Program-made: the position numbers and the translations under genes | NCBI GenBank assembly: GCA_002633005.1 | Contig: NMRA01000357.1 | Coordinates: 138,048-202,047 of the forward strand | Source of the DNA: Phoronis australis | Lineage: Eukaryota > Animalia > Phoronida | Direction of reading: 5' to 3' | DNA: 64,000 nucleotides | Shown: one piece after another, positions 42,791-56,679 of the stretch | Position numbering within the stretch: the first letter of the stretch is position 1 | How the letters are laid out: each line of letters begins with the position of its first letter | The notes under the pieces: model-generated | What the model was told of the DNA's origin: nothing | The model's input: the letters and a program-made list of their open reading frames with translations, nothing else | Database searches by the model: none

Positions 42791-45700
42791 CACCCCGGCC
42801 AACCCGCGATCGAGAACGACCGGAAACCGATCGAGAACGAAATTTGGCGCGAGAAGCGAAGCCAGAAAATGTAAGTAAATTTGACGAATTTTTGGTTGTT
42901 TTGAGCTTCAATACGAAAACAGAGACATGAGTTCAAGGCGTAACACATTGAGGAAGGACAGGTAGAAGTTTAGGCTTGTGTCTCGTCCAAATATTGGAGA
43001 AAAGTTACGTTAACCGATGCATCGCCTGAGCCGAAGGTGATTTGTATGTCATTTTTGCAGATTTTGGTTATTTTTGGTTCTATATCAATATATATTAATC
43101 ATGAAGTTATGAAGAAATGACGTATGAAAATGTAACCCAACACTTGTTTTCCGTAGCATTGTCAGGATCTCTGATTTATGAACCTTTTTCTGTTAAAAGA
43201 AGCGATCGAGAACGCAATAATAAGCGATCGGGAACGTACACTTGAGTTCGCTAAAGCGATCGGGAACGCATTGCGATGTGTTGAACATTAGTGAACTTTT
43301 CAGTAATAAAGTTACAAAACAAGTGTGGTTCAATGAATTAATGATATTTTGCATCATTATTGTGTTACTTTTGTGTCAAAAACTAAATTTCATAGCATAG
43401 CATCCCATACCAAAAAGGCCTCCTGCAAACACTTGCAGCAAGCTTGCCGCAAAAGTTTCTGCAAACCAGCCACAAACACATGGAATGATCTGTTGTAAGT
43501 TTCCTGCAACCCAGCCGCAAATATTGCAGCAAGCTTGCTGCATGTTTGCCGCTAGCATGCAGCAAACTTTCACCATGCAAATGAAGTTTGCAGCAAGCTT
43601 GCAGCAAACATCTCCATGTCCTTATTTGTAACAGTTCCTGCAAGGCAGCTACACACATTGCTGCAAGCTTGCTGCAAACATCTTCATGGGGTTATGGATA
43701 TTTTCACGATTTTATTTTTATTTCAGGAAACAATTTCATTCAACGACCATGAAAAAATCATTGCCCACGCTGTGGCGGTGCACCCTTCCAGGGTTTTAAA
43801 GTACAGACATCTCCTTTTAGATGAAACTACTGGGAAAATGGGACTCCAAACTAAGACGCACCCAGGAGTTATTCCACAAGACGTATCAGCTGGGGGAAAA
43901 CAAATTGTTGCGACTGATGAAAGTGAGTGCCGAATATCTTTACAAAACTGCGACAACAAAAGAAAAAAACCGAACACGCCAGTGAAGTCTTAGCAATGAT
44001 AGTGAGTTTGCAAAAGAAAATCTGAAAACAGATGAGACTCCCAGTAATGAAGAATTAGAATTTGACAAGTTGTGCTTCTTGCTTCCCCAAGTCATAGAGA
44101 CAATGAAAGAAAATGGTCTCATGGAATCTTTCGTGAAACTGAATGAACTTCTTGCCTCAGGTAGACTGCCTTTGAACAACATATGTTTCCTACTATTCCT
44201 GGATATAGTTGAGTGGTTTTCGGTGGAAAACACTTCCAAAATGCGTTACCAAAACCCACAAACTCTTCGGTTCTGGGAAATTGGCTACCAGCTATTTCAT
44301 GGAAAGTTCATCAGATTTATGTCTGGACAACGAAATACAGGTCAGATTTTAGACCAGTCAACAGCAAGGGGAGAGTATAGCCCAGGTGAATCCAAAGTGA
44401 ACGTTGCAGTGCCATCTCTGACTACATTACAACATAACCTTTCTAAAAGGAGTCCGTTTTTTCCAGGAATATGCAGGCAGACAATTGAAAATATAGCCCA
44501 CACTGATGAAAGCTCTCCTGTAATTTTAGCTGTGGATGGAAAAAAATAAGTCGCGGAAAGGGCAAACGCATGGGGGATATTGACCTGTGGGGTTTTGAAC
44601 CAAAGCCAACTCTTCAGGAAAGACTGAACCAAGTTGAAAGAGAAGTGGAATTCGTGAATGAGCTAACAAAAGAAACGGATAGACTAATGACCTATAGTGT
44701 TCAGACCATTAGTGCAATACCCTCAACGTCACGTGAAAAAATTCATTCTGGACTCGTTGAATTGATTAAGTTCATAGGATATCGTAATAAAACAATGAGA
44801 GACACTGAACAGACCCTAATCCGCTCTGAAGAGAAGTTCAAGCGACTCGGCGGAGATGACTGGATGAAATCCAAGTATTTCCCGGTCATCTCTTTAATGA
44901 GGACAAAACGCAGTGAAATTCGTGCCCACCTAAAAGAAGGTCTTCAGCTATCAGACGAGATCACAAAATTGGGAATTGACCTAAATGGGAAATCAAACCT
45001 TTATTCCGAGAAGTTAGTTAAGCTTGCAGAACAACAGAACTTTTATTCACTGAACCCGAACTTCAATAAGTCAACTGATCCACGTTACATGCAACAAAGA
45101 ACTCCGGAGTGGTTTTCTTTGCGCAGCGAAGCGAAAGTTACTGGAAGTACAGCCAATTGTGCACTCGGCTTAGAGACCTTAAAAAGACAAAAAGAACATT
45201 TTCATCAAGTAATTCACGGCATAGAAAAACCTCGTCACAGTGCACTTAACACTCAGAGAATGCTTTATGGAACTGAACACGAACTGGATGCAGTCGCAAC
45301 AATGACATCTAAAGTGTTGCCGTTTCTGTTTCCAGAACTGAGCTATTATGAAGAAGGATGCCAAACAATACCCCACGGCGACAAAGCAGCATTCATGGTA
45401 GTGAGTTCGGATGGCAGTCTCAGGACAAATGATAATGCAGAACCAATAATGATGTATGAAAACAAGTGCAAAGCACCCCAGTCCTATAATCCTAACGCAT
45501 ACTACAAGATTCCTAAATATTACACTGTACAGTTACTCTCTGAGATGTTTGCTTACAGATGTGACAAATTACTCTTTACGTGCTGGTCAGAGACGTCACT
45601 TACTGCTTTCATGGTTAATTTCGACCATCATATGTGCTGGGAGGAATTAATGACAGAAGTGTATGGCAGTCCAAATCCAAAGCTACCTACCAAGTTCAGA

Positions 45701-45953
45701 CCTAGTCGAAAGCTCATCCAAGAACAAATTGCTGCATTTATGGAGAATAACATCCACTTTCTCGGTGAGTTTATGTCGTGTGTTGCTGCGAGATCACCAT
45801 CGTTAGACATCCAAAGTGATGACGCTTATATATCGCCACAGAGTTCAAATGACGCCAAGCCAATTTCTACAGCTAGAGACTTACAGAACTGCCTTGTGTC
45901 GACGAAAAACTGGTTTAATCGGGCTTATCAGTTGTCTAGGACAACTGCATCCG
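42791..45953 (+). mobile_element. Truncated copy 1 of the CACCCCGG-TIR transposon (left TIR, intron, 5' part of the YqaJ-DDE ORF); ends at N 45954
   Basis: Near-identical to 47495-~50703. Lesions: 22-bp deletion at ~43740, +1 at ~43991, -1 A at ~44545. Confidence 0.9.
43727..45953 (+). pseudogene. Frameshifted partial YqaJ-containing transposase (ORFs 43616-43993, 44070-44549, 44570-46102)
   Basis: Same peptides as copy 2 (VILAVDGKK, DLWGFE, QRTPEWFSLR, SSDG, YENKC). Sequence after the N is unrelated. Confidence 0.85.
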
Positions 45954-46859
45954 NTTCAGGAGCCTTAAACTCACCATTGGGACAGGATCAAAAAATAAAA
46001 ATTAAAAGGAAAAAACGTCGCGATCAAAACGAAAACGACACCGGCAGCGTGGGTAAACCCCAAGTAACCCACCTCGAAAAAATTGATGGGGGTTCACACT
46101 GAAAATATAATTTCCTTGCATTGTGATAGCTGTAATCACGAAAAGCAAGGCATTTCGAGTTTAAGTGACTCATCGGTAAGTCGCGCAAGGCTCAAGTTTG
46201 AGCGCACTTCCTTCGACACTTCTGAAGCCAAGCCACGACACTTCCGAAGTAGCCACCGCTGAAAAATCAAAGATCTACAGCTGATTTTTTCTAGATAACT
46301 AGCGTCTTTACTCTAAAATATGTTTTGATATGATTAAGAAAAATGTTGTGGTACTGGACCCCTGATATTCATGCCTTGACATGATATTACATTCTACACG
46401 TTTGTAACTTAATTTTGACTGGTGTGTACTGTAATTGTGTTGTGCATTAAACATACAGTGTACATGTAATGTGGTTATTAAAAAAAACGACCAACTTGTT
46501 TTAACTTGTTTGGTCCTTTGTGAGGGCTATTGTGGCGGGTGCTGTGGTTTGGTCGCGAGTCCGTTTCAAGATACACCCTTGCAACTTAAGCCTATACAAG
46601 GAATGAACCCAGGCGTATTCACATTGACAAGGTGACCGCATTCGCAAACAGTGTACTCTACCAGAATTTGGGGATAGGCCTTGAGGAACTCGCGCGGTGT
46701 TCAATAGGCTTCCTAAGGAGCCCTGGTTCTGAACTCAGCACTGACCGTCTTCCTACCCGCAATAAGCATCACTGCCGTCTTCTATACCAAGAATTTCCGC
46801 AGAACGGCCCACCCGTGGTTGTTTATTTGGTGTTACAACTTCGAATTTCAAGTGTTATG

Positions 46860-47174
46860 ACAGTGGGTCAAGAGATGAAAATTGTCACTGGGATACATCG
46901 TCTTTGACAAAAGCGCAAGGTTTGAAGTAGTCCATGATGAACGGGTCAAATGTAGTTGCGCCTGTAACTATTTTGAATGGACTTGACAACCTCAAAGGGC
47001 TTAGTACCAAGTTGAAAAAACGAGATGCTGTAGATGCTTACAAGCTCATTCACACAGCAGTTGACGAAGTGCAACGATTAAGAACAAACATTGAAGATTT
47101 TTGTCTAGGTTGAATGGCTCCAAGACATGGAAACCATACCTGAGGACTGGATCCGATATTCAAATTCCTCGGCA
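46860..47174 (+). pseudogene. Decayed hAT (THAP12/ZMYM1-like) transposase fragment
   Basis: Translation NGLDNLKGLSTKLKKRDAVDAYKLIHTAVDEVQRLRTNIEDF...DIQIPRQ. Confidence 0.65.
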
Positions 47175-47330
47175 GGCCCGGTATCCAATCCGTACTCAAA
47201 CTCATACTCATACTCGAGATTTCATACTCAAAATCGTGCTCACTGGAGTCGTACTCAAAAAAGCGTATCTAATGTCATATTTCGAGTAGACTCCAAACGT
47301 ACTCAAATCTGTCACTCATACTCGAGTTGC
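47175..47330 (+). mobile_element. Left end of a GGCCCGGT-TIR element; matching right end at ~59300-59519
   Basis: ggcccggtatccaatccgtactca.. versus ..tgagtacggagattggggaccgggcc. ACTCGA-rich subtermini as in 21205-21594. Confidence 0.7.
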
Positions 47331-47572
47331 TATGGAACTCTTTATGATGTGAAATACAAAATCACGCAAAGCCGCGCTGATTCATCGCTCCCTATTGGAA
47401 TAGACCATCCCAAGAACTAGGCCTACATTATCGTCTGCTGTCGCAACAACTACAAGAGTATGTCTATAACGTGGAATTCTGAGTGTTCTGTAACCACCCC
47501 GGCCAACCCGCGATCGAGAACGACCGGAAGGCGATCGAGAACGAAATTTGGCGCGAGAAGCGAAGCCAGAAA

Positions 47573-50500
47573 ATGTAAGTAAATTTAACGAATTTTTGGT
47601 TGTTTTGAGCTTCAATACGAAAACAGAGACATGAGTTCAAGGCGTAACACATTGAGGAAGGACAGGTAGAAGTTTAGGCTTGTGTCTCGTCCAAATATTG
47701 GAGAAAAGTTACGTTAACCGATGCATTGCTTGAGCCGAAGGTGATTTGTATGTCATTTTTGCAGATTTTGGTTATTTTTGGTTCTATATCAATATATTAA
47801 TCATGAAGTTATGAAGAAATGACGTATGAAAATGTAACCCAACACTTGTTTTCTGTAGCATTGTCAGGATCTCTGATTTATGAACCTTTTTATGTTAAAA
47901 GAAGCGATCGAGAACGCAATGATAAGCGATCGGGAACGCACATTTGAGTTCGCTAAAGCGATCGGGAACGCATTGCGATATGTTGAACAATAGTGAACTT
48001 TTCAGTAATAAAGAGTTTTAAAAGTTACAAAACAAGTGTGGTTCAATGAATTAATGATATTTTGCATCATTACTGTGTTACTTTCTTGTCAAAAACTAAA
48101 TTTCATAACATAGCATCCCATACCAAAAAGGCCACCTGCAAACACTTGCAGCAAGCTTGCCGCAAAAGTTTCTGCAAACCAGCCACACGCACATGGAATG
48201 ATCTGTTGTAAGTTTCCTGCAACTCAGCCGCAAATATTGCAGCAAGCTTGCTGCATGTTTGCGGCTAGCATGCAGCAAACTTTCACCATGCAAATGAAGT
48301 TTGCAGCAAGCTTGCAGCAAACATCTCCATGTCCTTATTTGGAACAGTTCCTGCAAGGCAGCTGCACACATTGCTGCAAGCTTGCTGCAAACATCTTCAT
48401 GGGGTTATGGATATTTTCACAAATGATTTTATTTTTATTTCAGGAAACAATTTCATTGTTATTATTGCCCGGCAAGCTTCAACGACCATGAAAAAATCAT
48501 TGTCCACGCTGTGGCGGTGCACCCTTCCAGGGTTTTAAAGTACAGACGTCTCCTTTTAGATGAAACTACTGGGAAAATGGGACTCCAAACTAAGACGCAC
48601 CCAGGAGTTATTCCACGAGACGTATCAGCTGGGGGGAAACAAATTGTTGCGGCTGATGAAAGTGAGTGCCGAATATTTTTACAAAACTGCGACAACAAAA
48701 GAAAAAAACCGAACACGCCAGTGAAGTCAAGCAATGATAGTGAGTTTGCCAAAGAAAATCTGAAAATAGATGAGACTCCCAGTAATGAAGAATTAGAGTT
48801 TGACAAGTTGTGCTTCTTGCTTCCCCAAGTCATAGAGACAATGAAAGAAAATGGTCTCATGGAATCTTACGTGAAACTGAATGAACTTCTTGCCTCAGGT
48901 AGACTGCCTTTGAACAACATATGTTTCCTACTATTCCTGGATATAGTCGAGTGGTTTTCGGTAGAAAACACTTCCAAAATGCGTTACCAAAACCCACAAA
49001 CTCTTCGGTTCTGGGAAATTGGCTACCAGCTATTTCATGGAAAGTTCATCAGATTTATGTCTGGACAACGAAATACAGGTCAGATTTTAGATCAGTCAAC
49101 ATCAAGGGGAGAGTATAGCCCAGATGAATCCAAAGTGAACTTTGCAGTGCCATCTCTGACTACAATACAACATAACCTTTCTAAAAGGAGTCCGTTTTTT
49201 CCAGGAATAAACAGGCAGACAATTGAAAATATAGCCCACACTTATGAAAGCTCTCCTGTAATTTTAGCTGTGGATGGAAAAAAAATAAGTCGCGGAAAGG
49301 GCAAACGCATGGGGGATATTGACCTGTGGGGTTTTGAACCAAAGCCAACTCTTCAGGAAAGACTGAACCAAGTTGAAAGGGAAGTGGAATTCGTGAATGA
49401 GCTAACCAAAGAAACGGATAGACTAATGACCTATAGTGTTCAGACCATTAGTGCAATACCCTCAACATCACGTGAAAAAATTCATTCCGGACTCGTTGAA
49501 TTGATTAAGTTCATAGGATATCGTAATAAAACAATGAGAGACACTGAACAGACGCTAATCCGCTCTGAAGAGAAGTTCAAGCGACTCGGCGGAGATGACT
49601 GGATGAAATCCAAGTATTTCCCGGTCATCTCTTTGATGAGGACAAAACGCAGTGAAATTTGTGCCCACCTAAAAGAAGGTCTTCAGCTGTCAGACGAGAT
49701 CACAAAATTGGGAATTGACCTAAATGGGAAATCAAACCTTTATTCCGAGAAGTTAGTTAAGCTTGCAGAACAACAGAACTTTTATTCACTGAACCCGAAC
49801 TTCAATAAGTCGACTGATCCACGTTATATGCAACAAAGAACCCCGGAGTGGTTTTCTTTGCGCAGCGAAGCGAAAGTTACTGGAAGTACAGCCAATTGTG
49901 CACTCGGCTTAGAGACCTTAAAAAGACAAAAAGAACATTTTCACCAAGTAATTCACGGCATAGAAAAACCTCGTCACAGTGCACTTAACACTCAGAGAAT
50001 GCTTTATGGAACTGAACACGAACTGGATGCAGTCGCAACAATGACATCTAAAGTGTTGCCGTTTCTGTTTCCAGAACTGAGCTATTATGAAGAAGGATGC
50101 CAAACAATACCTCACGGCGACAAAGCAGCATTCATGGTAGTGAGTTCGGATGGCTGTCTCAGGACAAATGATAATGCAGAACCAATAATGATGTATGAAA
50201 ACAAGTGCAAAGCACCCCAGTCCTATAATCCTAACGCATACTACAAGATTCCTAAATATTAATTACGCTGTACAGTTACTCTCTGAGATGTTTGCTTACA
50301 GATGTGACAAATTACTCTTTACGTGCTGGTCAGAGACGTCACTTACTGCTTTCATGGTTAATTTCGACCATCATCTATGGGGAATGTGCTGGGAAGAAAT
50401 GACAGAAGTGTATGGCAGTCCAAATCCAAAGCTACCTACCAAGTTCAGACCTGGTCGAAAGCTCATCCAAGAACAAATCACTGCATTTATGGAGAATAAG

Positions 50501-53500
50501 ATCCACTTTCTCGGTCAGTTTATGTCGTGTGTTGCTGTGAGATCACCATCATCAGACGTCCAAAGTGATGACGCTTATATATCGCCACAGAGTTCAAATG
50601 ACGCCAAGCCAGTTTCTACAGCTAGAGACTTACAGAACTGCCTTGTGTCGACGAAAAACTGGATTAATCGGGCTTATCAGTTGTCTAGGACAACTGCATC
50701 CGAGATTCTGGTCTACATGGTGAACGATTTAGACCGGACTTACCATGCCGAAATAAATGTTGCTCATCCTATAGCGTATGCAATGAAGGGAACAAGCATG
50801 AATAATGCCACATTGAGAAGTATGATGAATCACGTTATCTCTGAATGTGAAGCAAGGGGTCTAAATGTGCTGGCCACATCTAGTGATGGACAATGGCATA
50901 AGTACGGAGTTCGCGGTGATGACAACGAACCATTGACTGTCTTGCAATTACAGAAAGATCACTGGTCAAGTGTGATGTCACAAGATAAGTAGACGATTAT
51001 GTCCCAAATAAAATCTAAAGCAAGTGTAAAGAGTTTTCCTGAAGATGTCCAAAAAGAGTACAATGTCAATGGTTCCGTGACTGTCTGGCACAAGACAGAT
51101 TCACCGATGATAGGGTATCTAAACACAGAGCACTCAAAATCCCAGAGAAATGCAATCATTGATGCTACTTGCCAGAACAGATATGATGGAACTGAATCTC
51201 AGCTGTTGTCTGTAAAAGAAACATGTCTCGCACTCCTTGAGGATGAACACTTTGAAAACACCTCTGTCGAAACTCTAAATGCTGTTGAAAATATAATTGA
51301 AAGCTCAGTAACAAATAACGTGCATAATTCGCATGAGTTCCTTGGACAGGACTATTTTGTCGAACCATGGTTGTTCCAAGAAGAACCAGGTGCTACACAA
51401 AGTTTTGGCGTAACATCTGACATGCTCTCTGGGGCTTTTGAGGTCATGTACAGTAATGGCCATGACGACTTCTATGTGCAAACTGTGGTCGATATGAGTG
51501 TTGATAAAATACCTTTAAGAAGAGATGGTGACCATATGGAATTGGGCGCAGAAAATCTCAACTACACAGTATATGCCAATGATGACAACACATGTGTGGA
51601 CACAGAACATGTACTTGAAAGTAAGGAGAATGGAAATGCGGAGCTGTTAGTTTCTGAGAATCGTTACACTGTGGACACTGCAACCTCTGAATCCATGCTG
51701 AATGCTTTAAAAGCAAATGAAATGGCTGAAAACTATCATAAATGGTCACAAAAAACTGTTGAAGACTTCAAAAGACTTTTTGCATGTAAGACCACTTGCA
51801 ATAAGGCACTCCACAAGTTTGAACTCCAAATGTGTCTACAAGTGTTACGTGTGCAGCACGGTTTTTGTTTTGACATTAAACCTTCAAAGAAAGAGCTAGT
51901 TCAGTTGTTCACGTCTTCATTGAACTTTGGGGTAAATCCCCCTAATAGGAAGTATCATCAGCGCAATCGAAGTGTTTGCTCACTTAGAAAAATGTGTTGT
52001 TCTGTTTTAGAACGTGCATCAAAACAAGAGCTTGCTAAGATTCTCGTAGAAAACACATGGGATAAAGCTTTACAACAGTGGATTGAATCTGGACCATTGT
52101 ACCACACTTCGTGTTTTCTTGATAGTGAAAATAGTATGAAGAATTGGTTTTCTCGTCCAAATACTGACCAATACGGCAAGAACAGGTTCCACTTCACCGA
52201 CACCTGTCACATTTTGACTTGTATTAGGACAAAACTCTGTACTACTGGAATTGCTGGTTTGAAGCGAAAAGCATGGGAAGATGTTGCTCTATCTCGCAAA
52301 ACCCATCTCAATATTGCTGTGATTGAGGATTGCGTTGACAAGCAAGATGTAGCTTTAGCAAGACGTGTATTTTCCAGGGATGTTCAAGAAAATATGCTTG
52401 ACGAATACGTCAACGAGAAAAAAATTTGTGAGTTAATACGAAACTGGTTTGATGCCGAGGACGAGCCTGCCATACCTGCTGCTGAAAGATGCATCCGAAG
52501 GNACCTGCCGCTGAAAGATGCATCCGAAGGCTTCGACTTAGAAAATGGCTTTTAGAAGAATTTGCAGTGAACACGTTTCCGCCACAAACCCGATATATCA
52601 GAGGCATACCGATACAGACTTTCGAGGCATTGTTGGTGCACTTGGAAAGGAAAATGCAAGTTTTCCCTTTCTGCAGAAACCAAACATATAAGGTTCGTGC
52701 AATAGGTTCTCAGCAGGTGGAAAACTTCTTATCAACATTCCGAGATATGGACTCCACTGGACAAGGGACACCAAAACCAGACTCCATTCCTCATATGATG
52801 ACAGCAGTTGCAGATTTAGACAACTGCAGAATTGACCCAAGCAGGTAAGCATGATTTAGAATCAAGCTTGTTTCCTACACATGATTAACTGTAAATTACG
52901 TGGACATATCAACTCTCATGTTTGATATTTTACAAAAGTGTTTTTTCAGTTAAAATTTTGAAGATGTGGCAACAAAACGCTCCGTGAATAAAAAATGAAA
53001 AAATGTTACACATACCTATCCTCTGAGCTGTGACGGGAAAACAGTTTTGAGGGCGATGTAAGTGTAAATTTATTTTCACACAAGGGCTTGTATGTATAAT
53101 CAAAATAGATAGGAACTAGTTGAACTGTAAGAAATTATATTAATTTAACAATTAGCTTGTCATGTTTTGTAAGAGGTGCCACTAAGAATTTAAATTGTTT
53201 CAAATGCATTCACGTTTACATGTTTAATCTTCTATAAAACCCCCTACTTGGTTTCAGATCCTTCTATATGTCAACCACACGAGCCGGAGTGTATCCAACG
53301 AGACAATTTGAGTCCGATGAAACCCAAGAATGTTTTCACTACCAAACGCAAGGCGTTCATTCTGCATTAGTTTCTAGTCTGATAACTCCAAGGTTAGTGT
53401 TATGTGATACACGTTAAGTGTAATTGTTTTCTTATATACATTACTTTTTTCTGTAGTCAACTTTCTCTTTTTTCGTCTTCATCTATTCGTTATCANGACA

Positions 53501-54635
53501 ACTGCAGAATTGACCCAAGCAGGTAAGCATGATTTAGAATCAAGCTTGTTTCCTACACATCATTAACTGCAAGTTACGTGGACATATCAACTCTCATGTT
53601 TGATATTTTACAAAAGTGTTATTTTTCAGTTAAAATTTTGAAGATGTGGCAACAAAACGCTCCGTGAATAAAAAATTAAAAAAATGTTTCACATACCTAT
53701 CCTCTGAGCTGTGACGGGGAAAAAGTTTTGAAGGCGATGTAAGTGAAAATTTATTTTCAGACAAGGGCTCGTATGTATAATCAAAATAGTTAGGAACAAG
53801 TTGAACTGTAAGAAATTACATTAATTTAACAATTAGCTTGTCAGGTTTTGTAAGAGGTGCCACTAAGAATTTGAATTGTTTCAAATGCATTCACGTTTAC
53901 ATGTTTAATCTTCTATAAAACCCCCTACTTGGTTTCAGATCATTCTATATGTCAACCACACGAGCCGGAGTGTATCCAATGAGACAGTATGAGTCCGATG
54001 AAACCCAAGAATGTTTTCACGGCCAAACGCAAACCATTCATTCTGAATTAGTTTCTAGTCTGATAACTCCAAAGTTAGTGTTACGTGATACACGTTAACT
54101 GTAATTGTTTTCTTATATACATTACTTTTTTCTGTAGTCAACTTTCTCTTTTTTCGTCTTCATCTATTCGTTATCATGTCGCGTATTAGTGCTGATAAAG
54201 TCACGTAAAGCACCATTGTTTTAAAAAATATTCAAATCGTGGCATTTTCAAATAAACAAGGTCTTCATGAGCGCCGGGTCAAAAATACCCTTCAATAAAT
54301 AAACGTCCAAGCGCTTATGCGTCGTATTACGGTATTTCCACTACTTTGAAAACAACGGGCAAGTGTAATGCAGCTTACAGGCTAGCGTCGAAAGCTTTAA
54401 AGGAGGATTGATTACTCATTAAATTTTGAGACGTCATAAGGTCGTAACCCTTTCATTCTCTTCAGTAGACGACGATACAAAATTCAAGATTCCTTTTTCC
54501 AGGGACCATTACTTTGAATCAGTGCAAAGAGATCGGAAGAAGCATCTTCGGAAAGGAGGGAAAGTGTCGTTGCCAAGCGAGTCCGCCCATGGTGAGAAAG
54601 GAGTGCGACAACACCATTCGCGAGATGACTCGTAA
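47573..54635 (+). pseudogene. Spliced transposase gene: AT(47573-47574)|48444-52844|53258-53392 (dup 53939-54073)|54503-54635; reconstructs to ~1,545 aa. N-terminal C2H2 finger, DDE RNase H motifs, inserted YqaJ domain
   Basis: MKQFHCYYC-x12-HAVAVH. D1 VILAVDGKKI. YqaJ QRTPEW..R..KVTGS..YGTEHE..SSDG..YENKC..YYxxQ. D2 VLATSSDG. DxxH TDTCHILTCIRT. VDKQDVALARRVFS, LIRNWFDA, and E in RAIGSQQVENFLS. Lesions: +4 at ~50260, in-frame TAG at 50990, assembly overlap at 52502. Confidence 0.82.
48117..48403. mobile_element. CCC..GGG-ended non-autonomous element built of GCAAGCTTGC palindromes, inside transposase intron 1 (also 43404-43690)
   Basis: cccat...atggg ends and repeated gcagcaagcttgc(t/c)gca motifs. 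Present in both transposon copies. Confidence 0.6.
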
Positions 54636-55342
54636 ACGACTCGGATTTCAAAATTTGTCAGAAGTTGTGTAGCCAAAAGTATTGTGGTGATAAAAGTGGT
54701 GGGATTTTGTTTAATGGTTTACTAATAACATCCATACCGAGTTGAACAGACTGACTTGCTACATCCTTGTGACTTGTATGTGTTTTGTGTTCTTGGTACC
54801 GAGTTCACTGTGCTATTTCAGTTCATGGGACATTGAAAAAGAGTGAGAGGAGCTGTAATACACATACTATATTGTGATTTTCTAAAAACGTAGTGACAAT
54901 GTTGTCTTTAAGTCTTTTCAAGACACACTATAGTAACTACACTGGAAATCAACAATATGAAAGCAAATTCCGTAATATTAGTAATTGTTTAGTCACACAT
55001 CATCTCAAAATAGGTCATAAAAATATATAAAATATAGCTCTGGGTAATCAACATTACAAAGGCATTGAACATTCCCCACGAGGTATTTTTGGAATGCATT
55101 GCACTTATCATAGACACTCATTTTCTTTTTAAAATCTTATGGTAATAACAATGGCCAATGGCACTTAGTATGTCATTTGAATATACCTAAACACTACAAA
55201 AATGCACTGGTTCTGTTTAAGATAGATAAAATAACACAAATGTAGAAACTTTAGAAAAAGGTTCAAAATATCACACCTGGCAACTGCCAACCATAAACTC
55301 TTTTAATCAGAATAAAAACTTAAACAAATTTCACTACTGGAC

Positions 55343-56679
55343 TTAATGAAGCTTCTGTTTTTTGTGCCTACAGAGGGAGGCATAATGCTTGTACGATTTG
55401 CCGCATTCACAACAGAAAGCAGTGACCTCATGTTGTGACGCGATGTGTCGCTTTAGGCTCACTTTCTCTGTGAAGCATTGGTTGCAGGCAGGACACTGCA
55501 TTGTCTTGTCTCCTGAGCACAGTGCTTCATGTTGTGACTTTTTGTACCTATCGAAAAACCTCTTGCCACATGAAACACATAAAAATGCTTTGTAGTTTGC
55601 GTGCTGGCTCATGTGATCTTGAAACTTTGTTTGTCTCACGAACACTTTCCCACAGTCCGTCACTGGGCAGGTGAACGTCTTGGTTGCAGTCCTGTCACAA
55701 TGCTTTGTTGCCATGTGGTCAAGCAGTATTGATTTTTTACTAAACGAAGCTCCACAAGTCACACATAGTCCTTTGTCACAAGCACTAGTTCTCCTTTTTG
55801 AAGGTGTAGACGTTAAGAAGCGAAAAGACTCATCTTGTGGCAGAAGTTCAACTAAAAAATATCAAAAGCATTTCAGTTATACTTGTTAGGTGAAATCTCA
55901 CAAAAATCATGAAAAACAGTGAAGTATAATCAACAATCAACCCACCCGGCGCCTATTTCAGGGTACGTATTAAATGTAAAACTGACATAACACCGTAACT
56001 TGAACGAGTATTCAGGCCAATGCATAGAAAAAGAATGTGCGTTCACGATCGCTTTTTTGCGTTCACGATCGCCATATGAAAGTAAGGATTTCGTTCTCGA
56101 TCGCCGTCTCACACAAGGACANAAAAACAGTGAAGTATAATAAACAATCAACCCACCCGGCGCCTATTTCAGGGTACGTATTAAATGTAAAACTGACATA
56201 ACACCGTAACTTGAACGAGTATTCAGGTCAATGCATAGAAAAAGAATGTGCGTTCACGATCGCTTTTTTGCGTTCACGATCGCCATAATGAAAGTAACGC
56301 TTTCGTTCCCGATCGCCGTCTCTCACAAGGACAAACTTGTATTGGTAAATATCTCGAATTGCTTCACAAAACATAACTTCGAAAGGTGTCACCTGGGGCA
56401 ATGAAGCTCTAAACGTCACACTTCTTTACTTTAGAACTCTGGAACTGCTAATAACAAGTAAAACTTGTCGACTTTACGACGCGCAAGGCATTTTATCGGA
56501 AGGCATTACTTTCTGGGCCCTTTATTTGATAAAAGTAGCAAAAGCCAAGCATCATTTCATATCGGCAACAAAGGTTAAGCTCTCACGCTTTTCTCTGTGT
56601 CGCATTCGTGCCAAAGTAGCCACTATTTAAGAAGAAAATGACACTAAGACTCACCGGGTACATCATCGTCGTCTGCCAT
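55343..56679 (-). CDS. Transposon-borne C2H2 zinc-finger protein, 5 fingers, ~177 aa; exons 56679-56655 and 55851-55343
   Basis: MADDDDVP|gtgagt splices (phase 1) to tttttag|VELL...CVTC..HMATKH, CPVTDC..HMSQH, CVSC..HEALC, CPAC..HIASQH, CEC..HKKQKLH. Frame is intact. Confidence 0.85.

Noticed and set aside
45954-46102. Basic C-terminal tail of the 510-aa ORF
   Set aside because: Begins at an N join and diverges from copy 2; assembly chimera.
44570-50262. YqaJ ORFs as prophage, endogenous virus or bacterial contamination
   Set aside because: Fused to DDE motifs, intron-containing and bounded by TIRs, with no capsid, polymerase or packaging genes nearby.
52820-54176. Tandem duplication or mutually exclusive exon pair in the transposase
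   Set aside because: The two copies meet exactly at an N (53496); unmerged contig overlap is more parsimonious. The same applies at 52502 and 56122.
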